NCBI GenBank assembly: GCA_964016885.1
Contig: OZ024741.1
Coordinates: 206,460,001-206,524,000, forward strand
Direction: 5' to 3'
Source of the DNA: Eledone cirrhosa
Taxonomy: Eukaryota
DNA length: 64,000 bases
Each line of letters begins with the position of its first letter. Positions within the stretch are counted from its first letter, which is position 1. Below are positions 26,334 to 40,414 of this stretch, one piece after another. The notes below the pieces were generated by a model that saw only the letters and a list, made by a program, of their open reading frames with translations, made no database searches and was not told where the DNA came from. The translations under genes and the position numbers were made by a program.

Positions 26334-29300
26334 ACACACACACACACACGAGTGAATTGGTTGTATGTGTAGCTGCTATTTATTCAGAAACTACGAAACA
26401 AATAAAGCTTGTGCATAATGATTATTATCACTCCCCACTCTCTATCCAAGGGAACGTTTGTGTAATAATGTCTATTTTGATATTTTAATGAGCAGTGGTG
26501 TTAAATTCCCATCTTTATATTTTCGATGCTTACAAAAACATGCGTATGTGAGAGAAAAATAGATAATGAGTAAGTGATCCTGAGAGGGTAAATCAGAAAA
26601 AAGTGTAATAGGTAGAGTTAAAGAATGAGACAAACATAAATAGAGAAATAGAGTGGATTAGCAAAGGAAAGCATTCATGTAGATAATGTGTGTGGTACAG
26701 AGATACATATACAAATACTGCGGGGGTAATCGACTAACATCACAACATTTTGAATAATAATTCGACATATATTTCATCTAACTTTTTATTACACATGATA
26801 TAGAACGAGAGTCACATTTGCTTCATTAGGATTCGTTTGAAAATTCAACATTATTGATTTTTGACTCGACCACTTTGTCTCAAATATAAAGAAATGTGTA
26901 TAGACGATTATATTGACACCAATATTTTACAGGTACTATATTTTAGCGTCCTTGGAATGATGAAAGGTAAAATACACTCTCACAATACTGCCAATCCCAC
27001 CGTAGTAAACTTTGCTTTTCATCTTTCCGGATTTGATACAATAAAGTATCTGTCAACTATTGTGTCGATATAACTACCACCTCCACACCCCCAATAAATT
27101 AAGGCTTTGTGCCTATTCAAGAAATCAATATTTAATGTTACTAATCTGACAGCTACGATTTACGTCTTAAGTTACTAGAATACATCTAATATAATTGATT
27201 GATTCCTTACTATCAATCTTTGATCTACTACTGACAAGAATCCTGTGAGTACTCTTTCTCTTTACTAACCTACTTTGAGAATTAGTTCAACAAAAGCAGT
27301 CATTTTCTTGGATAATAAACAAAATGTATTCCGTGTTGTTGATAACTTCACATGATTTGATTGCCTCCCCGTCAGTAGTTAGATATCATTTCATTCACTT
27401 TTATGACTACATCTTTCTTGAATATATTATCAGTTTTATCACGTATTCCATTTGTTTGAAACAGTATTAATAATGCATGACCGATATTCTTGTGAAAGTC
27501 GTGTTTTCAGTTTGATTGGTATTTTAGTAGAGCTCAATGTTCGTCATATTTTCTTTCACAATAAAGCAATGATTTTTTTTCTTGCAAATTTTAGACGGAA
27601 TCAGCCTCTGGACGGAATAATTCGATTTCTTGTTGTGAGTTATTGTTAATAAAAAGAAACAAGGAAAAGAGTCCAGCTGGGGTCATCATTAATTTACTTT
27701 CAATGTCACTGAAGCAAATGAATTCAGAATAAAAAACAATTATTTATGACTCAATATTGATCAAATTCTTCTATGATGTCAAATGTCAGCTACAAATGTT
27801 AAATTTGCAGTTCTTGTGACTGGAAAACAAGTGAAATTGGCGCCGTCGTCTTTTAAACAAAGATGCCGCCAATCAAAATATGATGTAGAAATATAATGTT
27901 AGCGATAACTACACCAGCAGGAATTTCTATTAAGATAGTTTTGTATTCTTCGTTGATAGAACTCTAAGTAGTGAAAGAAGATTTGGCTGTGACCACTGAA
28001 GTGGAGTTTGTTCAGAGTCAAATAGTTTTGTAAAAGTAATGTATCAACAAGAACTTCAGTAACAAAAGTGAAGATATGATCACAGCATTAAGCGTGTTGG
28101 TTATTGTTGCTGCTGTTTGCCCAACTGTTAAGCTTATTTAAAAAGACCTATTATCAGAGATATGCCAACCTTGAAAAACTCAACTTTTTCTCAAATTATG
28201 CAATGTGTATACATTGCATAATTGCCTTTATTACATTATGCAATATATACTTCCTTTTTTAAGATGTCTAATTGCTAAAGTTGTTAGAGAGTAGGGCAAA
28301 ATTTTGAGTTGAAATCTCGTTGTGTTCTGCTTTGGTGACGGAGTTAAATAGTTATACGGTTTAAAACTACTACATGACTCTTGGCTGTCTTTAGTGGAGG
28401 CCACCCGCTGCATGCAAGCATGCGAGGGAGGTTTTCTGTTTGTGAATTCATTCCTGGCTTTCTCAGAAGTCTTGCTGAGTCTGAAAAGATTACTGAGCAT
28501 TGCTTTTATTTCCCAGACTAAACAGTAAAAAATGACAACGGGATGTAATTTGAGGTAGATTAGGTTATTTGCAGAACATGGAATTCCTATGTACAGGATC
28601 GTTCAGGGAGCGATTGATGATGCTGGAATCAACTATATATCTACTAGTCTAAAGTCTAAAGTCTGTCTTAAGCCATAAGGCTCATTTTGCCGGGGCTTAT
28701 CTCAGTTTCATGGCGTGAAGCAACTGAGAGTACAACTGAGAGTACAACTGGAGCTATTGATGGTACTCCTTTTCAGCTGTGTATACTGGAGCAATGTGAA
28801 ATGAAGTGTTTTGCTCAAGAACACAATACACAACTCAATAATTGGACCCACGACATTAGTAGTAGGAAATCTACTAGTAGGAAAGGGAAAATTACGACTG
28901 GTATTGAAATGCTTAAAAGACGTGTAGAAATATCGCTATCAATGGTAAGTCCCTTAACACATTAGATTGTTTGAGTGCCACTGAAGTCTTATTATTCAAG
29001 TCCATGTAGTGAGTGTATGAGGACCAGTCACTATATGCATAAATGGCTGAATATTGAAAAGGTTGGCCTCACAATCATGAGGTGCCGTGTTTGGACACAG
29101 TACTTCATTTAAAAAAAAATATCTCTTGACATATACTCGAATAAACCTCTGCATGTGGATGGAATTTGGGTAGGCGGAATCATTATGGAAGATCTTCTCA
29201 TGGGCTGTTCCTATAATTCAAAGGTCTTGTCTTCTTACACTGCGTTTTTCTGAGAATTAAGTTAAGGGTACGCAGATATGTGGAATAGTCAGTCATTTAA

Positions 29301-29487
29301 ACTGTAATGAGTAAATGGTACAATTGATAAAAAAAAACTGAATGCTGACCGTCGAAATCAACGGTCCTCATTCTCAAATCTAGAAATACTTCACGGAAGC
29401 ATTGTGTTTCTGAATGTATTTTTGTGTACGCTTCCGTGTGTAAACATATGTGTATGCGTGAATTGGTGTATGTTTTCATGTGTTTAA

Positions 29488-29625
29488 AGGTGGATGATTG
29501 GCAGATCGACTAGAGTGGATGTAGATTGGATTGAGATATTTGTTCCGGCTCTCAGCACTCTGAGTTCATATCCCACCGAGGTATACTTTGCCTTTCATAC
29601 GTTCGAAGGTGATATAGAAAATACA
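29488..29625 (+). mobile_element. Old diverged copy of the same SINE
   Basis: GGTGGATGATTGGCAG...GAGTTCATATCCCACCGAGG...TTTGCCTTTCAT. Confidence 0.6.
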
Positions 29626-30447
29626 GGTCCAATGCTTCACAGCCCACTCTCCTCCTAGTTTTCACACACTAGTTCTGCCACTGTGTTAAGCGCAAGAAGA
29701 TTGAGAGCGTGTCTGCATTTGCTCGACTACATGGAAACCTAACCCCATTAGTGAAACTATGGTACTTCTTACCAAATCATTCTCGATTAAGAGTGATCCC
29801 CGTAGATTATGAATGTATATTCATTATTGTATTTGGGTTTGGGGAATATAAAATGCCAAAACGAAGAGACAATAGAAGATACTAGAAAATATTGAAATAA
29901 ATCATCTGTCCTAATCTCAAAATATTTGCTTAAAATGTCTAAGTTTCTTTTATGAATTAGTCTCTATAAAATTATATTCCGAAGTATGTGGTAGAAACAT
30001 TCCGCAACTCTCTTTAACACTTGTGACTGTCTTTTGGGGTCCTTGGCGAGATCAGGTTTAAACTGTATCCTACAAACTGGACTCGAAGTCGGAAACACTT
30101 ATCTAAATTAAGGGTAACACTAGGACACAATATAAAAAATAAAGATCATCAGATTAATTACAGAAAATATACATGTACAGGAATAAGTCATCCGATGACG
30201 ACCGGTGGTCATACAAATCGAAATATATATTTTACGTACATAGCAATATTAAGCAACATATTCTCTAAAGATAGTAATAACTCATATACATCTCAATATA
30301 CGGATTTTTTCCTAAAAAGTATAATTTTATTACATATCCCATAAGAAACGTAACCGATCGAAAAACAAAGTAGATGAAATCTATTCTAAACATTCAGACT
30401 AAAGAGGTGGTTAATCACCTGGAAAAATATGATGCCAAAATTCTTAC

Positions 30448-30859
30448 CTTGTAGATAACGAACAAGTACGCACATGACTGGGCCAAAGATGAAGTTCTTT
30501 AAAATAACTGGAATCAAAGTGAATGGTATACAAAAGACGGCCAGTAGAAGGTCACTTATAGCTAGGTTCAGTAGAAATACATTGGTAACGGTCCTCATTC
30601 TTTTGTTCTTCGCCAAAACAGTAATAACCAGGGAGTTTCCCGTTACGGCCAACAGGAAAATCAGAGCATGAAATGTTATTCTTAATTCAATACCAATATC
30701 TATGACTAAGCGCCGGGAAAAGTTGCCAAACCGAGTAGCTTCCAGTAAACTTGTAACGTTTCCATCATCAAATTCAAAGCCTCCATCTTCAATGGCACTA
30801 TTAAGATTTATATCATTTTCCTCTTCTATGAATGAAGTGAAATTCAACAGGTTCTCCAT
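30448..30859 (-). CDS. First coding exon of a class A neuropeptide GPCR, cholecystokinin/gastrin (sulfakinin) receptor-like (N-terminus, TM1, TM2, start of TM3)
   Basis: N-glycosylation-rich N-terminus, [14 protein letters not shown] (TM1), [33 protein letters not shown] (TM2, CCKR-like) and FIFGPVMC. Homology ends at YLQ-G|GTAAGA, a canonical phase-1 donor at 30447. The ORF tail to 30386 is intron read-through. Confidence 0.9.
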
Positions 30860-30944
30860 GATATTATTTATAGTTTATACTTTAGCTGCAATTATGTGAG
30901 ATGCGTCCATATATATATACATATATCATATATATTTGTATATA

Positions 30945-30990
<46 letters not shown>

Positions 30991-30995
30991 TATAT

Positions 30996-31041
<46 letters not shown>

Positions 31042-31050
31042 TATATACAA

Positions 31051-31116
<66 letters not shown>

Positions 31117-31967
31117 GTTTATTGAATTATCCTTCACAAATAATTTCTTTCCATGTTACATTGTTATTGTTTGATTAGTTATTATTCTTGTTGTTTTCTA
31201 CTCTTTTTGCCCCTTATTTCCACCTTAACTCCTTTTCTCTAAAGATCTATCATGTATTTGTAGTTGGCTATAAACCGCAACCCGATTTGGTATAAATATG
31301 ATGCAGTATTGTATTGTTGTTGTTGTTGTTAATATTAAACATACACATAAATATTCTATTGTAAGGTATGTGATCTTATAATGGTTGCCGATTTTACGAG
31401 CAAGTAGCAACAAATAATGTTAGGTTTCTATGACAATAATTCGCTTTCCAGGACTTTCTATTCACGTTTTCCGGCAGTATTTATTTTTCCTTACACCTTG
31501 ATATTCTTTGTGAATCCATCTGAAATCCTAAACTAAACAAATTTCTAGCAAGATAAGAATCCATATATAGATATAAAACACTTTATCATGGACTGATGAC
31601 TATGGAAATTTGGCAAATATTCGTATATGAATTCAAGTGTTTAGAATGAGAAGAGTAGATGATAATTCAACGATTTCTTAATGCTGCTGCTGATTGTTGA
31701 TTTCGTTGCTCGCCTGTCTTTTAAACAGAAATGGCAGTCTACGAACAAAATATAGAATACAACATCCGTAGGAGAAAATATTTGCTACAAATAGCAAATG
31801 TGTGTAACAACTTAGCGTCCGTTTTGAATCACTGAAGTGAGATATATCTGAAATAAAGAAAAAAACAAATATCAAATATTTTGCAAAACTTAATAGAAGT
31901 GTTGTTTTGACCTTAAATTCTTTATATGTATATATTAAATTCTTTATATGTATATATATATATAAAA

Positions 31968-32281
31968 TGTGTGAAATCCTTTTTTCGCTCACATTTCACA
32001 GGGTCTGGACGCGTCTGCCTCTCCTCGTCCACGATTTGCTCGAACTTAAGTTCACAGATATCACGGACTTGTTTCTCACCTTTCTCTCTTTCCGTTGCAT
32101 TACCATCTCTGTTTGTTTAGATGTTTCGGTTTCTCACCCAATTCTACTTGTCCCAATAATCTTTTTTAGTCTTTGCTCGCACCAGCCTAAGGTATATGGT
32201 CTTTAATGCGAAGAAATACCGATGATGGCTGGAAGATCACTGATGACGGACAGTCCTGTCTTCTTGCTCTAATTTTGATCA
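31968..32281. repeat. Second copy of the 19406-19721 repeat
   Basis: Homologous end to end with 19406-19721. Confidence 0.6.
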
Positions 32282-32282
32282 A

Positions 32283-32361
<79 letters not shown>

Positions 32362-32441
32362 GCAAACAGAAATAACAAAACAATCGTTACAGTATATGGA
32401 AGGAATATATTAGTTTAACGCTTGAAATAGCAGGAAGAGGG

Positions 32442-32477
32442 TCTTAACGTTTCGGACGCTAGTCCTTCATCAGAAGA
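32442..32477 (-). ncRNA. Minimal type I hammerhead ribozyme
   Basis: Minus strand UCUU-CUGAUGA-a-GGAC uagc GUCC-GAAAC-GUU-AAGA. Stem III is palindromic (ACGU) and stem I is 4 bp. Confidence 0.7.
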
Positions 32478-32555
32478 AAGAATGAGAAATTAGATAGATT
32501 GAAGTGACGGGTGGTATGGAATTGGAAAACATGATTTAGAGAAAAGTAACAGGTA

Positions 32556-32627
<72 letters not shown>

Positions 32628-33214
32628 ACATATATATATATCACGATAAATTAACGGAGCCTTAGGCTCTCGCTATTCCCTGTCAGTAATGTGCTCAAAG
32701 GAGAAGGAATCCCGAGCTCATTAAATACAATATGTTGAAAAGGTAAGACACTAGAGAGATAGTGCGCCATCAATCGAACAGGGAAAAACCACCAGTGTAT
32801 GGAATCTATAACCCATGGAAGGCAGAGTAGACACACGATAATTAAAAGTATAAATTAAAGTGTAAATACATACCTCGATAACTATCTAACACACACGTAC
32901 AAATCCACAGAGATCTGTTTCACCAATAAGTTGTTGACATAAATGAATAGCCCGTGGTTCATCAGCGTGTGTACGAGAGGCTATACATTCCAGACAACTC
33001 TAAGAGAATCTAAAGCGACCGTCCAGCCACACATGGGAGAGAGGAGTCATAGCGTGCCTAGGGCAGTAATCAGTGGCCTCTGAGGGACGAGCTGCTAGAA
33101 AGGGCAGTTCAAACCATTCAGAGAAGTGTGCTCAACCAAACAGAGAGAGAGAGACAGGAAAGACTGTTATAAGGAGCGAAATATCACGATAAATAACGGA
33201 GCCATATAGCGAGA

Positions 33215-34333
33215 GTCTATGGAATGTTGCTGAACAAAAAGAAATGGATAGGAATACTAGGAAGCTATTGACAACATGTTCCACAAGAGGAGTGATGTCG
33301 ATAGACTCTAATTAAGGAGATCTGAAGGTGGAAGAGGTTTTATCAACATAGAGGACTGTGTTCAGATGGAGAAAAACAACCTACACAAATACGTGACTGA
33401 TAGTAAGGAGCCAATGCTCAGAATTATACTGAAGGAGAGGACAATAGACCAGGGGATGTCCAAGGAGGAAATAACAACGAGGAGAAAGAGCAACCTTCAT
33501 GAAAAATCCCTTCATAGTACCTTCTTTGAATAAACTGAATTCAGAGATCCACAGACATGGAACTGGTTGAAAAGAGGAGACCTTAAAAAGGCTACAGAAG
33601 GAATGCTAATGGCTGCGCAAGAGCAGGCCCTCAAAACGAAGTGGCTGAAACACCATATTTACAAGGAGGAGGCTAGCCCACTGTGCAGGATCTGTGGAGA
33701 GAGAGAGGAAACTGTGGCTCACATTGTATCCGAGTGTAAACACCTAGCCCAGACTCATTATAAAGGCTGGAGACATGATGTGATGGGCAGGGTGATCCAC
33801 TAGCACCTATGCAAAGTAAACAATTTACCACATTCTGAGAAGAGGTATGAGCATAAGCCAGAGTCGGTGATAGAAAACGATCAGGTGAAGGTGTTGTGGG
33901 ATTTTAGGATACAGACGGACAAGAAACTGGAACACAATAGACCTGACCTGGTGGTTTTGGACAAGGAAAAATGATCGTGCCTGATTGTGGATGTGGCCTG
34001 CCCATTCGACACGAGAGTGCAAGAGAAGGAGAGGGAGAAAATTAACCGATATCAGGACTTAAAGTGGGAGGTAAAAAGAATTTGGAACTGCCATGAAGTC
34101 AAAGTGGTCCCGATTGTCATAGGCGCACTATGTATTATCTCAAAAGGTTTCCAGGGATGGTTAAAGAAAATTGGCCCGGCCACGCTTTTTGGAACACTTC
34201 AAAAGACATGCTTGCTGGGAACAGCAAGAACCCTCCGATACATCCTGAATATCTGAGGTTGCAGGTAGTGGCTTGATATTCATTTCAACAAACTTTCCAG
34301 TTAACTAAGTTCAATGACTGAGACCCAAAGAAC
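33215..34333 (+). mobile_element. R4/Dong family A, 5'-truncated copy
   Basis: AAQEQALKT, CCHC (CRICGEREETVAHIVSEC), RPDLVV..DVACP..K..RY RLE and QKTCLLGTARTLR. The 3'UTR is followed by (AAT)n at 34334-34358. Confidence 0.9.
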
Positions 34334-34359
34334 AATAATAATAATAATAATAATAATAA

Positions 34360-36265
34360 GGTTGATATGAGGTCATTCCCACTGTTCATATTATTAAGGA
34401 AAAGAGGAACAATAGCATTTTTAATGATATTGTTACAGATTTAAAATTACCAAATATTTCTAACACAAACAACAAGTTAAGGCTTTCCACACTGCCATGT
34501 ACTACCCATCAAATAGATCGAATACAGAACAGACATATATCAACTGAAAAAAGAAACATCCCGAAAACAGAAGCTATATTGACAGTAACAAACTAGCCAA
34601 TATACGAAGAAATATGGGTAAAATAAGTTACTAACTGATATAGAAATTGATCAGATCAAGCTATTAGCACAAAGTCAGCGAAGGGAAAATGAAACATGTG
34701 TCAGTGAAAACGAGGTAAATTGTAACACTTCGAATCCCAGGGTTGGGGCGGAATCACTGACAACAGAACAAATTAAAGGGATCGAAAAAGTGGAGGGAGT
34801 GCATGCTCAAGATGAAACTCAATATGAAAACAATGAGATCGTAAATGATAAAGAAATGAATGAGAATGAACTTGCCAACTTGAAGGATGAAATTGTGATC
34901 GAATGGATGAAAATGAAAGAATCTGATATGGGGGAACGAGACACTCCCTAAGATCCAGAACTCCAAACAGAACCAAAAGATAATACACAAGACGAACATA
35001 ATCTCAAAAACATTATCATCACAAACAAACTAAACATTACTGATTTAAATCATCTCTATTATGCATCGGCTAAAGTCACCACTCATTTATGTGGAGTGAA
35101 AATGACAAAACAAAGGAATTCCCACAAGAAATCTACTTGGGAAGAGAACACCAATCGCCAAATAAACCTTCTCCGATCTGACATAGAAATTTTAACAAAC
35201 TACAAAGTAGGTGAACATGTTAAACAAACTAAACTTAGAAAATTGAAAAGGAAATACAGTATAAAATCAACGAGTGACATAGACATGCTGATAGAAATAA
35301 TCAAGCAAAAAGTATCGGACAAGTCTGCTCGTATAAGGCGCTTTGAACAACAATCTAGATTCTATAAGGACAATAAAATGTTAAAAAACAACCAAAGAAA
35401 CTTCTACAGAAAAATTGGCAAGTCAACAATAACTGCGAAATCAATACCACCCAAGAATTCTGGGAAAAGATCTGGGCGGAAGAAAAAGTTCATAACATAC
35501 ATGCCCCATGGATAGACAGACAAATGAAAGATACAGCTCACCTTGAGGAAGAAACATGGGAAAATATAACAGTTGAACAGATGCGCTTGGCTCTAAGAAA
35601 AACCAGCAAATGGAAATCCCCAGGAAAAGACAAAATACAAAACTTTTGGATAAATGCCTTCACAGAGTCTCATGAGCTGTTAGCTCAACTTTACAATTAA
35701 ATAGTTAAGGAGCCAGAAAAGAGACCATCATGGCTAGTTAAAGACATTACATTCCTGCTTCCGAAGAATGATCAGACAGTCAATCTAAAAAATTACAGAC
35801 CGATAACTTGCTTGACCACAATGTATGAGATTTTAACATCAGTCCTAACTGAATATACATATGACCACCTGATAACAAATTACCTATTTCCCAATGAGCA
35901 GAAAGGGTGTAAACGAGGTTCCTATGGCTGTAAGGATCAGCTTTTGGTTCACAAAATGATACTGGAAGATTGTCATAATAGACACAAAAAATCTATCAAT
36001 TGCTTGGATAGATTATTAAAAAGCATTCGATAGTTTGCCACACAGTTCGATTGAAAAATGTTTAGAGATTTTCAAAATATCTCCCGTTGTCAGGAGGTTT
36101 TTGTCGTTCAGTATGAAGACATGGAAAACGACACTCCTTTTGAATAGTGAAACAAAATCACTGGAAGCTGGAGAAGTTAATATTAATTGTGGAATTTTTA
36201 AGGGAGACTCTTTATCACCGCTTTGGTGATAAATCGTATGAACATAAAGCAAGATAAATGCAGCT

Positions 36266-36267
<2 letters not shown>
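34360..36267 (+). mobile_element. R4/Dong family B copy 1 (N-terminal region to mid-RT, then internal deletion to the 3' terminus)
   Basis: Degenerate RT (KWKSPG, NYRPITCL, EQKGC..GCKDQLL, KAFDS, GIFKGDSLSPL) joins at ~36225 to the family B terminus ...gcaagataaatgcagctgt, followed by (AAT)n at 36268-36300. Confidence 0.85.
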
Positions 36268-36300
<33 letters not shown>

Positions 36301-36303
<3 letters not shown>

Positions 36304-37930
36304 GTGAAGCAGTTCAGTGATGACATTAAAATGGAGTTTGGACTGGATAAATGCGCCAAAGCAACGTTCACCAGAGGAAAGCTGCTGAAGAGTTCAGACA
36401 TTAATCTTGATCGGGGGAATGTGATAAGAGAGCTTGATCAAGAACAAACTTACAAATATCTAGGTGTTTGTGAAGGAGACGGAATCAAGCACTCGACAAT
36501 GAGGGAAAGGATAAGGAAGGAATGTTACCGCAGAGTCAGAGCAATCTTAAGAACGGAATTGAATGCAAGGAATAGGATCGATGCCATAAACACGCTTGCC
36601 ATACCAGTAGTAACCTACAGTTACAATGTCATCAACTGGTCAAGCACAGAGATCCGTAGGCTCGATACAAAAATCCGAAAATTCTTAACCATGCACAGAA
36701 TGCATCACCCTAAGGCAGACATAGATAGAATATATCTCCCTAGGAAAGAAGGAGGACGTGGGTTAATCCAGTTAGACATTGCGTTGAAAACTGCAACAAT
36801 TGGATTATCCACATATCTAAGGGAATCACATGATTGGATGATCAAACTCGTTTTGAAACACGAAAGCACCAAAAGATCATATTCCATTACAAAAGATGCA
36901 CAAAGATACAGTAATGGACTACAAATTTCAGAAGTCCCATTTACTGCTGAAATGGAAAACACAGAAAAAGCAAAGCAGGTAAAAGTAACTGCAAAGAAAG
37001 AACTGCTACAGAAACTGGCTAAGAAATGGCAAGAAAAGCCTCTGTATGGAAAATACCCAGAGCGAGCTAACAATCCTGATGTTGACAAAACTTTAACCCA
37101 TCAGTGGTTGGCATCCTCTGGACTGAAATCGGAGACTGAAGGACTGATTATATCCGCACAAGATCAGTGTCTGCCAACAAAAAATTACCAAGCCAACATA
37201 ATAAAAAATGGGTGCAGCCCATTATGCCGTGTATGCAAAAAACAACCAGAGACCATTGACCATATAATTTCAATGTGCAGTCCTATAGCTCCAACCGAAT
37301 ACATAAACAGGCATGACAGAGCTGCACAATACATACATTGGATAATGTGTAAGCATTTTGACCTGCCCCATCAAAAGAATTGGTGGGAGCATCAACCACC
37401 TCCCATACTTGAAAAAGATCACAGCTCAATCTTGTGGAACTTTAGCATCCAAACAGACCGAAAAATAGATGCAAATAGACCTGATATAATATTGAAGGAC
37501 TTTCAAAGGAGGGTATGCCTGCTAATTGATATGTCTGTTCCAATAGACAAGAATGTATCTATAAAAACATTTGAAAAATTGAGCAAGTATAAGGACCTGG
37601 AGATAGAAATTGGAAAAATTTGGAAATTGAGAACTAAAACAATACCAGTGGTTGTAGGCGCTCTGGGAATGATACCTAAGGGGTCTAACGACTACTTATC
37701 GCAAATCCCAGGAAACCCGCGTATAGGAGAAATACAAAAGATAGTACTAATGGGAACTGCCCATATACTAAGGAAGATCCTGTCAATATAAGTACATCAC
37801 AAGTCTAAACACTAAGGATGCATGTGTGAATATGTATGTTCTTTCTTGAACATGGCGGACCTTGTTGTCTCTTGAGGTCACTGGTTGTGACTTGGTGATA
37901 ACTCGTATAAACATAAAGCAAGATAAATGC
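36301..37930 (+). mobile_element. R4/Dong family B copy 2, 5'-truncated, open frame 36301-37791
   Basis: Uninterrupted RT end (FGLDKCA, YKYLG), GGRGL, CCHC CRVCKKQPETIDHIISMC, RLE RPDII..IDMSVP..EKLSKY and QKIVLMGTAHILRKIL. The N-terminus of listed ORF 36223 is (AAT)n read-through. Confidence 0.9.
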
Positions 37931-37955
37931 AAATAATAATAATAATATTAATAAT

Positions 37956-39140
37956 ACTCCAATTAATCCAGTTAGACATTGCGTTGAAAACTGCAACAAT
38001 TGGATTGTCTACATATCTAAGGGAATCATATGATTGGATGATCAAACTCGTTTTGAAACACGAAAGCATCAAAAGATCATACTCCATTACAAAAGATGCA
38101 CAACAATACAGTAATGGACTACACATTTCAGAAGTCACATTTACTGCTGAAATGGAAAACACAGAAAAAGCAAAGCAGGTAAAAGTAACTGCAAAGAAAG
38201 AACTGCTAGAGAAACTGGCTAAGAAATGGCAAGAAAAGCCTCTGTATGGAAAATACCCAGAACGAGCTAACAATCCTGATGTTGACAAAACTTTAACCCA
38301 TCAGTGGTTGGCATCCTCTGGACTGAAATCAGAGACTGAAGGACTGATTATATCAGCACAAGATCAGTGTCTGCCAACAAAAAATTACCAAGCCAACATA
38401 ATAAAAAATGGATTCAACCCATGATGACGTGTATGTAAAAAACAACCAGAGACTATTGATCATATAATTTCAATGTGCAGTCCTATAGCTCCAACCGAAT
38501 ACCTAAACAGGCATGACAGAGCTGCACAATACATACATTGGATAATGTGTAAGCATTTTGACCTGCCCCATCAAAAGAATTGGTGGGAGCATCAACCATC
38601 TCCAATACTTGAAAAAGATCACAGCTCAATCTTGTGGAACTTTAGCATCCAAACAGACCCCAAAATAGATGCAAATAGACCTGATATAATACTTAAAGGA
38701 CTTTAAAAAGAGGTTATGCCTGCTAATTGATATGTCCGTTCCAATAGACAAGAATGTATCTATAAAAACATTTGAAAAATTGAGCAAGTATAAGGACCTG
38801 GAGATAGAAATTGGAAAAATGTGGAAATTGAGAACTAAAACAATACCAGTGGTTGTAGGCGCTCTAGGAATGATACCTAAGGGGTCTAATAATTACTTAT
38901 CGCAAATCCCAGGAAACCCGCATATAGGAGAAATACAAAAGATAGTACTAATGGGAACTGCTCGTATACTAAGGAAGATTCTGTCAATATAAGTACATCA
39001 CAAGTCTAAACACCTAAAGATGCATGTGTGAGTATGTATGTTCTTTCAAAAAACATGGCGGACCTAGTTGTCTCAGGAGGTCACTGGTTGTGACTTGGTG
39101 ATAACACGTATGAACATAAAGCAAGAAAAAATGCAGCTGT
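37956..39140 (+). mobile_element. R4/Dong family B copy 3, 5'-truncated
   Basis: Near-identical to 36762-37930, with stops at ~38422 and a frameshift at ~38690. Ends gcagctgt(AAT)n. Confidence 0.9.
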
Positions 39141-39163
39141 AATAATAATAATAATAATAATAA

Positions 39164-39210
39164 TGCTTTCTTTATTAACCACAAGGGTTTACACAAAGTA
39201 GACATTAAGG
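39164..39210 (-). mobile_element. 46-bp 3' stub of the Tx1 element
   Basis: gctttctttattaaccacaagggtttacacaaagtagacattaagg is the reverse complement of the Tx1 3' terminus and abuts (AAT)n. Confidence 0.8.
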
Positions 39211-40208
39211 TCGAAGAGTTCTTATCAGCATAGAGGACTGTGTTCAGATGGAGAAAAACAACATAGACAAATACGTGACCGATAGTAAGGAGCCAATGCT
39301 CAGAATTGTACTGAAGGAGAGGACAATAGACCAGGGGGTGTCAAAGGAGGAAATAACAACGAGGAGAAAGAGCAACCTTCATGAAAAATCCCTTCATATT
39401 ACCTTTTTTGAGAAAACGGAATTCAGAGATCCACAGACATGGAACTGGTTGAGAAGAGGAGACCTTAAAAAGGCTACAGAAGGAATGCTAATGGCTGTGC
39501 AAGAGCAGGCCCTCAAAACGAAGTGACTGAAACACCATATTTACAAGGAGGAGGCTAGCCCACTGTGTAGGATCTGTGGAGAGAGAGAAGAGACTGTACC
39601 TCACATTGTATCCGAGTGTAAACACCTAGCCCAGACTCACTATAAGGGCTGGAGACATGATGTGATGGGCAGGGTAATCCACTGGCACCTATGCAAAGTA
39701 AACAATTTATCACATACTGAGAAGTGGTATGATCATAATCCAGAGTCGGTGATAGAAAACGATCAGGTGAAGCTGCTATGGGATTTTAGGATACAGACGT
39801 ACAAGAAACTGGAACACAATATACCTGAGCTGGTGGTTGTGGACAAAGAAAAAAGATCGTGCCTGATTGTGGATGTGGCCTGCCCATTCGACACGAGAGT
39901 GTAAGAGAAGGAGAGGGAGAAAATTAACTGATACCAGGACTTAAAGTGGGTGGTAAAAAAGATTCGGAACTGTCATGAAGTCAAAGTGGTCCCTATTGTC
40001 ATAGGCGCACTAGGTACTATCTCAAAAAGTTTCCGGGGACGGTTAAAGAAAATTGTCCCCGCCCCGCTTTTTGGAACACTTCAAAAGGCATGCTGGGAAC
40101 AGCAAGAACTCTCCGATACGTCCTGAATATCTGAGGCTGCAGGTAGTGGCTTGATATTCATTTCAGCAAACTTTCAAGTTAACTAACATCAATGACTGAG
40201 ACTCAAAG
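39211..40208 (+). mobile_element. R4/Dong family A, 5'-truncated copy
   Basis: Colinear with 50660-51655, with stops. Ends gagactcaaag(AAT)n, where the AAT tract is the tail of the adjacent SINE. Confidence 0.9.
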
Positions 40209-40228
40209 AATAATAATAATAATAATAA

Positions 40229-40414
40229 TTCTTTCTACTTTAGGCACAGGGCCAGCAATTACCCAGTGCATTACTGGTACTTTATTTTATCGACCCCGTA
40301 AGGATGAAAGGCAAAATCAACCTCGGTGGGATTTGAACTCAGATAATAAAGGGACGTAACTATGCTGGAAACCATGGCGTCCGATCCTCTACCGATACAG
40401 CCAATCCACCGCCC

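Noticed and set aside
27786-28011. Minus-strand S/T-rich, hydrophobic, then RRRR stretch resembling a membrane-protein exon
   Set aside because: Interrupted by stops and a frameshift, with no family motif. It is not a GPCR exon.
31588-31624. ATGGA-CTGATGA-CTATG-GAAA-TTTGGCAAATA-TTCGT, a very small hammerhead-like match upstream of the GPCR exon
   Set aside because: Stem II is a single C-G pair and stem I relies on wobbles. Plausible by chance in AT-rich DNA.
36223-36300. N-terminus of the 522-aa ORF (poly-N)
   Set aside because: Read-through of an upstream element's 3'UTR and (AAT)n, not a real start.
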